Source: Bacilli bacterium
GTDB taxonomy: Bacteria; Bacillota_I; Bacilli_A; ML615J-28; CAG-698
DNA: 64,000 nt
Assembly (NCBI GenBank): GCA_050953045.1
Contig: JBMNLY010000003.1
Coordinates: forward strand, 42,340 to 106,339
Direction of reading: 5' to 3'
Shown here: piece after piece, positions 55,983 to 63,352 of the stretch
How positions within the stretch are numbered: position 1 is the first letter of the stretch
How the letters are laid out: each line of letters opens with the position of its first letter
The notes under the pieces: model-generated
What the model was told of the DNA's origin: nothing
Seen by the model: only the letters and a program-made list of their open reading frames with translations
Databases searched by the model: none
Made by a program: the position numbers and the translations under genes

Positions 55983-58031
55983 CTATTCTCCTCTTTGATT
56001 TATTTTAAAGCCTCTAAATGTAGCTTGAGAATTTTCGCTGAGATAAGCTCCAAAACATCCTTCTAGATAAGGTTTTTCATCAAGATAATCTATCATTTTC
56101 GTTCCGTTTGCGAAGACGAGTATTCTGTTTGCTTCTAAAATTACTTCGATTTCCACCTTATCACCAAAGGCTATTGGTAAAGAGACTTGCTTTAGAACTT
56201 GATAACCATAGTTGTTTTTTTCTAACGTAAGGTTCTTACCGTCGATAAAAGCTCCATAGCTTCTGGAAGCCCCTTGAACCCGGAATAACACACCTGCTTT
56301 TCCTTTTTCGAGGCTAAATTCTGATTTTAAAGTAAAGTCCTTCATCTTAATTCCGGCATAGATTTCAGCATGCATGTCCTCACTAATACAAGTAAGGTTT
56401 CCGTTTTCAAGTCCCCATTTGCCGTTCCAAATCTTTGTGCCTCTTACTTCATAATGAGTAGGACTATAATCTTCAATAATTTCTTTTTGAAAATCTAAGA
56501 CATAGCTTGGGCTACCAACTATTTCAAAATGTTCAATTTCAAAATCAGTTGTTCCACTTTCGAAATAAATTCCTACCTCACTGATTAAAGCATCGACTAC
56601 TTTGTCCATTTTAAAGCTTAGTTCTGCTTTACCTTTGATTTCTTTAGGAGAAAAGTAAATTCTTTCGCTAGTATGAATATCTTTATAAAACAAAGCTACC
56701 TTTGTTTCTTTTTCCGCGTTACATCTAACCTTTATTGTTTGTCCGGGTAATACAACTGGTGCAATCGCAGTATCATAACGATTGTCATATAAATCTTCTT
56801 TCGCATAATAGCTCTTATAGAAGATATGAGTTTTATCATTTATGTTTGAAAGATGTAATTTTCCATCTTTGTTTTCCATCTTTACCGAAGGGTTAGATGA
56901 TCTAAAACCATGCGTTGAACCCAGTAAAAGAAAATCAAAGGAAAGATGCTCTTTTTGAAGACTTTTTGAATATTTGCCTGTATACTCTTCTCCAAATAGT
57001 TTAAGTGCAAGTCTAGCCGTCCGGTAAACAAGACTCGGAATATCAACGATATTCTCATGCACTATTGTTGAAGAGCAGAGAATAATATCATTAATAGGCT
57101 TAATCCATTTTTCATAGTCTATTGCTTCAAGTCCACAATAAACACCCATAATAGTACCGATATTACCGACATTGCAATCTGTATCAAAACCGCTATAATT
57201 AGTTATTTTCAGCGTCTTTTCAAAATCACCTTCACCATATAAGAGAGAATAAACTATAATAGCTGCATTAGGGATAATATGACAATGTCCCGGATATTTA
57301 TCAATCCAATAGTTACTGCGAATATAGTTAAAGCAGCCTTCCGGATCATTGCTGTTATTTTTATAGTAATCGATAATATCAACAGCCATTTTGTAGTATT
57401 CGGAATTTTCCGAAAGCACTGAAAGTCCATCATTAATAATTTCCTTGACTGATTTTGCTTTAAATGCGGAACTAACGCATGCAGCAATAAACATTCCGCC
57501 ATTAACACCTTCACCGTCATGTGAGACTTGTGAAGCCATTTTTGCTAAGGAAGCGGCTTTTTTAAAATCATTAGGACATACCAGTCCCCAAACATCGCTG
57601 AATATTTGCCCTCCAATTTGTTCAGCAACAACTTTGGTATTTACGTTTATGCTTCCGCTTTCCGGTGCTTTGATTCCTTTTCTTAAATTAATGTAAGCGG
57701 TATGTTCTGTGGAAACCCTGTAACCTCCCCACCAAAAAAAGCCATGCAAATAGGGAACATAATTAAGCCAGGTATTTCCGAAATCTTCAGGTGTCAAGTT
57801 ATTCACATCTTCAATGTCATCTAAAGTTTTTAAAAAGAAGATTGGTCCGTTGCTATCGTCATCTGCACCAAAAATGGGGTAATCAACAAAATAACCGTCC
57901 GTATCCGGATATTTTTCTTTGATCTGTTCGCTGGTCCACATTTCAACTGGTGCACCATAGCGAATGCCGATAAGCATGCCTAACCAACCAGCATATAATT
58001 TTACAAAATAATCATCATTAATAATCTTCAT
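55983..58031 (-). CDS. ADP-ribosylglycohydrolase-family domain fused to a C-terminal LamG/DUF1080-like beta-sandwich
   Basis: The N-terminal ~330 aa are ARH-like (GWLGMLIGIRYGAPVE, GADDDSNG, FDTDCNVGNIGTIMG). The C-terminal ~180 aa are GKAGVLFRVQG...FANG...CFGAY...ATFRGFKI. There is no signal peptide. Confidence 0.65.
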   Translation of the reverse strand: MKIINDDYFVKLYAGWLGMLIGIRYGAPVEMWTSEQIKEKYPDTDGYFVDYPIFGADDDSNGPIFFLKTLDDIEDVNNLTPEDFGNTWLNYVPYLHGFFWWGGYRVSTEHTAYINLRKGIKAPESGSINVNTKVVAEQIGGQIFSDVWGLVCPNDFKKAASLAKMASQVSHDGEGVNGGMFIAACVSSAFKAKSVKEIINDGLSVLSENSEYYKMAVDIIDYYKNNSNDPEGCFNYIRSNYWIDKYPGHCHIIPNAAIIVYSLLYGEGDFEKTLKITNYSGFDTDCNVGNIGTIMGVYCGLEAIDYEKWIKPINDIILCSSTIVHENIVDIPSLVYRTARLALKLFGEEYTGKYSKSLQKEHLSFDFLLLGSTHGFRSSNPSVKMENKDGKLHLSNINDKTHIFYKSYYAKEDLYDNRYDTAIAPVVLPGQTIKVRCNAEKETKVALFYKDIHTSERIYFSPKEIKGKAELSFKMDKVVDALISEVGIYFESGTTDFEIEHFEIVGSPSYVLDFQKEIIEDYSPTHYEVRGTKIWNGKWGLENGNLTCISEDMHAEIYAGIKMKDFTLKSEFSLEKGKAGVLFRVQGASRSYGAFIDGKNLTLEKNNYGYQVLKQVSLPIAFGDKVEIEVILEANRILVFANGTKMIDYLDEKPYLEGCFGAYLSENSQATFRGFKINQRGE

Positions 58032-58049
58032 TATATCTTCCTATTCTTC

Positions 58050-58398
58050 TTATTTTAGTCCTGATATTTTAATTCCCTGAATCAAATACTTTTGGAAAAC
58101 AAACAAAATAATAATCATTGGAATTGTTGCTAATTATCGAAACACCGAATGTCACAAACAAAGACCGAAAAAACGACGCATCTCTTGGAAATAAATATGT
58201 ATCGACTTGATTAACAAATAATTTTAGGTAATTATCAAAAGTCCAAACTTTAGGAAAGAAACGGAAAGGGGTTGTGAGAATATCTGCTTTTGTTTTAAAT
58301 CCTGAAATAACCATCCAGAGGAAAGGAAAGACACAAACAAAAGAAAGAATTAATGCACAAATATAAACTGCTATGGCTTTAGTTTTTTTCATCTTCAC
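58050..58398 (-). pseudogene. Remnant of a carbohydrate ABC permease (MalG/LplC-like) with an internal deletion
   Basis: The N-terminal ~75 aa are normal (FPFLWMVISGFKTKADIL). The canonical C-terminus TIPMIIILFVFQKYLIQGIKISGLK* then follows in another frame. The total is about 350 bp against about 830 bp expected. Confidence 0.7.
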
Positions 58399-58401
58399 AA
58401 C

Positions 58402-59322
58402 CTACTCTCCTGATTTTTCACTAGAAATCAGCTTAAATACAATTGCTGAAAGACTAGTTATCACTATCGTAATTAATACCGAAGCTGCATAGGTATAACC
58501 TAAAGTATTATCCCAAGTAAAATGATAATATAGGAAACCTACAGGACCCAAAGTTGAATCCAAAGGTCCACCACCGGTTATAATGAATGGCAGTTCAAAA
58601 ATTTGGAATGAAGCAACAAAACATGAGACTAACAAGTAGATACCAATATTTTTTAAACATGGGATTGTAATATAAATCATTCTTTGAAAGCCGTTAGCTC
58701 CATCAATTTTTGCTGCCTCATAGTAATCCTTTGGTATATCAAGCAAACCGCCCATCATCACCAGTGTTACATAACCTAAACCGTTCCAGATGGCAGCAAG
58801 AGAAACAGCAATGATTGCCCACTTTGGATCATTAACCCAAGCTACCTTTTCAATCGAAAACCAGCTTAAAATCCAATTTAACAAACCACCATCATAGGCA
58901 TAAATATAAGAGAAAATCGCACCGACAACAATTCCCGATAAAAGACACGGCATATAAATTGCTACCTTAGCAATTCTTGCGATTCTTCCTTTCAGTTTTA
59001 AAACAAAATGAGCGATAATGAAAGCCAAAATAATTTGGGCCGGTACAATCAGCGCAACAAATTTCAAACCGACAAATAATGATTTTAAAAAGGCTTTGTC
59101 CGCAAGAATTGTAATGTAATTCTGAAGACCAACGTATTTTGGCGCCATATATTTATTGGAATCATAAAAGCTATTTTTAATTGAAAATAATAAAGGGAAA
59201 ATTACGAATATCGTCAAGATGATAAAAGAAGGTAACAATAAAATTAATGCCGATCTAACTTCTTCCTTATGGTATTTTCTCTTTTCTTTTTTGCTCTTTT
59301 TGTTAGTTAAACTTAGATTCAT
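58402..59322 (-). CDS. Carbohydrate ABC transporter permease (MalF/UgpA-like), apparently intact
   Basis: 306 aa with six TM segments and the EAA loop YEAAKIDGANGFQRM. Confidence 0.8.
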   Translation of the reverse strand: MNLSLTNKKSKKEKRKYHKEEVRSALILLLPSFIILTIFVIFPLLFSIKNSFYDSNKYMAPKYVGLQNYITILADKAFLKSLFVGLKFVALIVPAQIILAFIIAHFVLKLKGRIARIAKVAIYMPCLLSGIVVGAIFSYIYAYDGGLLNWILSWFSIEKVAWVNDPKWAIIAVSLAAIWNGLGYVTLVMMGGLLDIPKDYYEAAKIDGANGFQRMIYITIPCLKNIGIYLLVSCFVASFQIFELPFIITGGGPLDSTLGPVGFLYYHFTWDNTLGYTYAASVLITIVITSLSAIVFKLISSEKSGE

Positions 59323-59331
59323 AAATCATTC

Positions 59332-60169
59332 CTACTTTGGCATTCTCGGATTTGTTCCAGCTAAATGTTGGGATTCGATTAAGCTGTTTAAGTAATTTTC
59401 CAAATCTGCTAAAGCTGTTGAAATCGGAGTATTAAGTAAAGTCACACTATCGATTGCATCAGCATATCTTTTACTAATATCCCAGATATAGCAAGGTTCA
59501 GCTTTCGCATATGGTAATACCTTTTCTGAAACAAAATCCCTAAATGCATTATTCTTAGCGTCTTCATCACTTGCGATTACTTCTTCGACGCTTTTACGGC
59601 CGGAGAATTTTGAAAAAGCTAAACTCTTGATAAATTCATAGAGATTTAGGAGGTTTGTTAGGATCCAAACCTGCTGCACTAAAAGCGCTTTTACTATAGA
59701 ATAAAATTGAGTAAGGTTCTACGAAAGCAGGATAAATATAATGCTTACCTGTGCCAAGCGTGACCATTTCTTTTACATTATCATGTAAATCATCCCATAC
59801 ACTTGCACTCATATAATCATCAAGAGCAAGATACATCCCAAGTTCAGCTTTAAGTGGTATTTCTGCATAATTTACAAACACAATTTGGGGTGCAGTTCCT
59901 GCCTCCTGTGCACCTTTTAAAGTCTGTTCCCATGCATCTTCTGCTATAAAATGTAAATCAATAAACACATTATCAGTATTTTCATCATTATACTTATCGG
60001 TATATTTTGTTAACCAATTCCTTGTTTCCACTTCCGCAAACGGTGGACTCCAAAAGACAACTACTGTTTTTCCCTCATGGGGATTTGAGTTATCACAACC
60101 AACCAACACAAGGAACAATGTAAAACACATGAGCACAACATAAAACAATTTTTTCATTGCATTTTTCAC
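59332..60169 (-). pseudogene. Sugar ABC solute-binding lipoprotein, frameshifted and shortened
   Basis: The N-terminal fragment (177 aa, lipobox LVGC) ends at ...GLDPNKPPKSL*. The frame switches near 59640-59650 to a ~105-aa C-terminal fragment. The combined length is far below the 400-450 aa typical of this family. Confidence 0.7.
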
Positions 60170-60193
60170 TTCTACTCCTCCTCTAATCTTAAA

Positions 60194-60221
60194 TGTATAC
60201 GTTTACTTGTATACGTTTACA
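60194..60221 (-). promoter_or_regulatory. Two abutting 14-bp LacI-type operators between the -10 box and the RBS of the degraded ABC operon
   Basis: The plus strand reads TGTATACGTTTACt followed by TGTATACGTTTACA. The consensus is TGTAAACG/CGTTTACA with a central CG. A TATAAT (minus strand) lies just upstream. Confidence 0.65.
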
Positions 60222-60248
60222 TTTTTTGGTAAATTATAAAATTTAGAT

Positions 60249-61247
60249 CTATATACTCAAACGTTTGACTGTTTGTCTGACTATTAACTTTCTTTCGCAC
60301 ACTTCTTCTCGCGGCGGACCGATATATTCGCCGGCCATTCTACTTAATAATAAATGCATTGCTTTAGTAGCAAATTCTGAACTATCGTTCGATACTGTAG
60401 TAATCGTAGGTTTAAAAAATTCGGTAAATTCAATATTATCCATTCCCACTATCGAAACATCATCTGGAACAGAAATCCCTACACGATTAAAATGTTGAAT
60501 GATTCCAATTGCGATCATGTCGTTAGCACAAGCGATAGCTGTCGGCCTTTCATTCAATCCCGCAAAGTATTCACCAGCCACAGTACCACCATGAATATCA
60601 AATGAAGAAGAAAAGATTAATTCTTCATCAATGGGAATGCCGTGTTCTTGTAATGCTTCTTTATAGCCGGATTCTCTTCGTACATTTAAGATTGAATCCG
60701 GATTTCCACCGGCATATCCAATTCTCTTATGTCCATATTCAAGTAAATGGCAAGTTCCGATATAAACCCCTTGTCCTCTTCTGATACCATGAACTGTATC
60801 AAAAATTAATTTATCAAAAGTATTAGAAGTAACAATCGGTATATCCAAGTTTTTCAATTCCGCTAAAACTTTTTCATCATCATAAATTGAACAAAAAATT
60901 AACCCATCACAGCCTAATTCTTTAACCAAGTTGATAGCTTCTATTTCTTTGTTTGTTTCTTGATCAGTGCTAAAAAGGATAACACTATAATTATGTTTGT
61001 ATGCTATCTTTTGAATTGTCTTATACATATCGGCATAATACAAGTTTTTGATGTCGGGAACGATCATCATAATTTGCATTGCGCGATTAGTCTTAAGGCT
61101 TCTTGCAGTACGATTCGGGCGATAATTAAGCATTTTAATAGCTGCTTCGATCTTTTTCCCTGTCTTTTTTGTAACACAAGACTGGTTATTTATATATCTA
61201 GAAACAGTTGCATTAGATACCCCTGCTACCCTAGCAACATCATTCAT
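60249..61247 (-). CDS. LacI-family transcriptional regulator
   Basis: HTH MNDVARVAGVSNATVSRYIN plus a sugar-binding core. I place the start at ATG 61247. The longer listed ORF would run through its own operator at 61286. Confidence 0.85.
   Translation of the reverse strand: MNDVARVAGVSNATVSRYINNQSCVTKKTGKKIEAAIKMLNYRPNRTARSLKTNRAMQIMMIVPDIKNLYYADMYKTIQKIAYKHNYSVILFSTDQETNKEIEAINLVKELGCDGLIFCSIYDDEKVLAELKNLDIPIVTSNTFDKLIFDTVHGIRRGQGVYIGTCHLLEYGHKRIGYAGGNPDSILNVRRESGYKEALQEHGIPIDEELIFSSSFDIHGGTVAGEYFAGLNERPTAIACANDMIAIGIIQHFNRVGISVPDDVSIVGMDNIEFTEFFKPTITTVSNDSSEFATKAMHLLLSRMAGEYIGPPREEVCERKLIVRQTVKRLSI
60257..60268. promoter_or_regulatory. Perfect palindrome TCAAACGTTTGA sharing the AAACGTTT operator core
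   Basis: The 12-bp perfect palindrome lies in the last codons of the LacI gene, about 45 bp upstream of the tandem operators. Confidence 0.4.
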
Positions 61248-61285
61248 TGTTAAACTTTTTTTCTTCTTCACAATATCACCGTACA

Positions 61286-61299
61286 TGTAGACGTTTACA
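61286..61299 (-). promoter_or_regulatory. Operator upstream of the LacI gene (probable autoregulation)
   Basis: TGTAGACGTTTACA has the same half-sites as 60194-60221. It lies 39 nt upstream of ATG 61247. Confidence 0.6.
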
Positions 61300-61368
61300 T
61301 ATCCCGACAAAATATTAACATATATTATTTTCTTTGTCAATAAGTAAATAGGAAAAATGTAGAAAATT

Positions 61369-61542
61369 ATGAGTATATTATGATAATTTCATATTAAGTT
61401 ATATTATGATTATTTCATTTCTAAATAAATCACTAATAACTATATAAGTAAGTACTTACTAAATAAATATATCTATAAGGGCCGCCATTTTCCAAAATTT
61501 TCATTTTCATACCTCTTTTGATATAATTCGTTATATCAGGAG
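61369..61542 (+). mobile_element. Solo left-end fragment (174 bp) of the same IS1202-like element
   Basis: 173 of 174 nt are identical to 10405-10578. Identity stops exactly at the transposase Shine-Dalgarno (caggag), and no transposase gene follows. Confidence 0.9.
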
Positions 61543-61577
61543 TTTGGGGGCTTGTTCCATTCTTGCATAGTAACACC

Positions 61578-62354
61578 TCAGTTTGTTTTTTTCATAAGAA
61601 TGCTTGCACCATCTACATCTGTAAACATAACAGCATTTTTGTGTCGGCGCATGATTGTAGCTGGAACAATTTCGTTGATTTCGTCCGTCATTGTTCGGTA
61701 AACAGCAGCTGCCTTTAGTTGCGTTGGAACTGTACAGAACAAATATTTTGCTGAAATCAATGCCGGGATAGTCAATGTAATAGCATACTTTGGTACTTCG
61801 TCGATGGTATCGAACGTTTTGTCATTTACTTGTTGAAGACGGCACTCTTCACACAGATCTACAACTTTAACTAATTTGCTATCATTAAAATCCGCAACGT
61901 GCGGATCATTGAAAGCAATATGACCATTTTCACCAATGCCCAGACATACAATGTCGATTGGATGATCTTTAAGCAGTTGTTCATAACGCTTACACAATTC
62001 TTCAGAAGACCCTTCTGATCCAATATAGTAAACTGTTTTTATATTTACATGTTTGAATATTGCATTTTCAAGATAGTGTCCAAATAATTTTGATGAATCT
62101 TTTTCCAGACCAATATATTCATCCATGTGAAACGCATTAACACGTAACCAATCAATATCGTTTTCCTGCACCAAATAAGATAAAACCTCATTTTGCGATG
62201 GAGCAGCAGCAAAAACCATGTTGATTTCCCGTTGACTTCTAAGCAATTTTCGCATAGTTTCCGCAATTTGTCTACCGGCATATTTTCCCATAGAATCCCT
62301 ATCGGAAAAAACCTTACATACTAAATAATCTTTCTCGTACTCTTTAATAAACAT
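61578..62354 (-). CDS. nagB: Glucosamine-6-phosphate deaminase/isomerase family protein
   Basis: GIGENGHIAFNDP and HMDEY motifs are present. Start at ATG 62354 after AGGAG. Confidence 0.8.
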   Translation of the reverse strand: MFIKEYEKDYLVCKVFSDRDSMGKYAGRQIAETMRKLLRSQREINMVFAAAPSQNEVLSYLVQENDIDWLRVNAFHMDEYIGLEKDSSKLFGHYLENAIFKHVNIKTVYYIGSEGSSEELCKRYEQLLKDHPIDIVCLGIGENGHIAFNDPHVADFNDSKLVKVVDLCEECRLQQVNDKTFDTIDEVPKYAITLTIPALISAKYLFCTVPTQLKAAAVYRTMTDEINEIVPATIMRRHKNAVMFTDVDGASILMKKTN

Positions 62355-62380
62355 AATAACTCCTAAAAACAATATTTCTA

Positions 62381-63337
62381 ATGTCATTATATCACAGGAA
62401 AACCAACAATCCTTTTGATATATTGCCTAAAAGCTTAAATATATTGACATTCAAAAAATACTATGTTAAACTACCAAAGAAAGGAGAGTGGACCAGCATA
62501 CGAGAAATAAAAGTATTTCCATCCAAAGTTAAAAATGTTGAAGTAATACACAAACATGGAAGCAATAGCGAAATTTATTTCATGCACATCCATAGCCATT
62601 ACGAAATTTATTTTAGTCAAAGTGACAACAACAAATTTTTTGTAGATAATAAAATCTATGATGTGCAGAAAAACGATTTGTTTTTATTCAATAACACTGA
62701 CGCACACAAAATCGCCACTTCATCCATCGAGGATTATGACCGATATTTGGTCAATTTTTCTCCAAAAGTTATAACAAAGTACGATCAATCTATGTCGTTT
62801 TTGCTTAATTGCTTTACTAACCCAAAACCATCAAGAAGGCATAAACTATCTCTTTCCGATACCGAAGCTCAAAATTTTTTGTCCATTGTTAACAAAATGA
62901 TTGATTTAAACAACAAGGATACACCACACAAAAATATCAAAATGGAATTGTTCTTGTTACAATTGCTTTTATTTATCAACGACAGCATCGACAATAAACA
63001 ATACTATAACACCGAAACAGACGAAGACCCAAGGCTAAACGAAATAATGAAGTTTATTCAAGAAAACTACAGTAATCCTATTTCGCTAGATATGCTAAGC
63101 AGCAAGTTTTCGTACAACAAATATTATCTTTGTCGTCTTTTCAAAGAAAAGATGGGATTTGGAATCAGCGATTATATCAAATCGTGCAGATTGTCTAAAG
63201 CAATACTGCTCTTACAAGAAGGTATGTCCGTTTCTGACGTTGCACTAAAAACAGGATTTGGAAGTGATACCTATTTTATTTCCACATTTAAAAAGAACTT
63301 TGGAACTTCACCAAAACAATATCTCAAGAAAATGTAA
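62381..63337 (+). CDS. AraC-family transcriptional regulator (cupin N-domain plus two HTH); true start uncertain
   Basis: It has the cupin HIHSHYEIYF and the C-terminal AraC HTH pair (LDMLSSKFSYNKYYLCRLFKE...SDVALKTGFGSDTYFISTFKKNFGTSP). The listed ATG lies only 26 bp from the divergent nagB start. A TTGACA-17-TAAACT promoter and an AAGGAGAG RBS lie inside the ORF at 62444-62488. Confidence 0.75.
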   Translation: MSLYHRKTNNPFDILPKSLNILTFKKYYVKLPKKGEWTSIREIKVFPSKVKNVEVIHKHGSNSEIYFMHIHSHYEIYFSQSDNNKFFVDNKIYDVQKNDLFLFNNTDAHKIATSSIEDYDRYLVNFSPKVITKYDQSMSFLLNCFTNPKPSRRHKLSLSDTEAQNFLSIVNKMIDLNNKDTPHKNIKMELFLLQLLLFINDSIDNKQYYNTETDEDPRLNEIMKFIQENYSNPISLDMLSSKFSYNKYYLCRLFKEKMGFGISDYIKSCRLSKAILLLQEGMSVSDVALKTGFGSDTYFISTFKKNFGTSPKQYLKKM

Positions 63338-63352
63338 AATAAAGGAGTAACA

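Noticed and set aside
10405-61542. The 51-kb segment bracketed by two directly oriented IS left ends, read as a composite transposon or genomic island.
   Set aside because: The distal copy is only a 174-bp fragment without a transposase or right end. The content is ordinary catabolic chromosome. No duplicated target flanks the whole segment.
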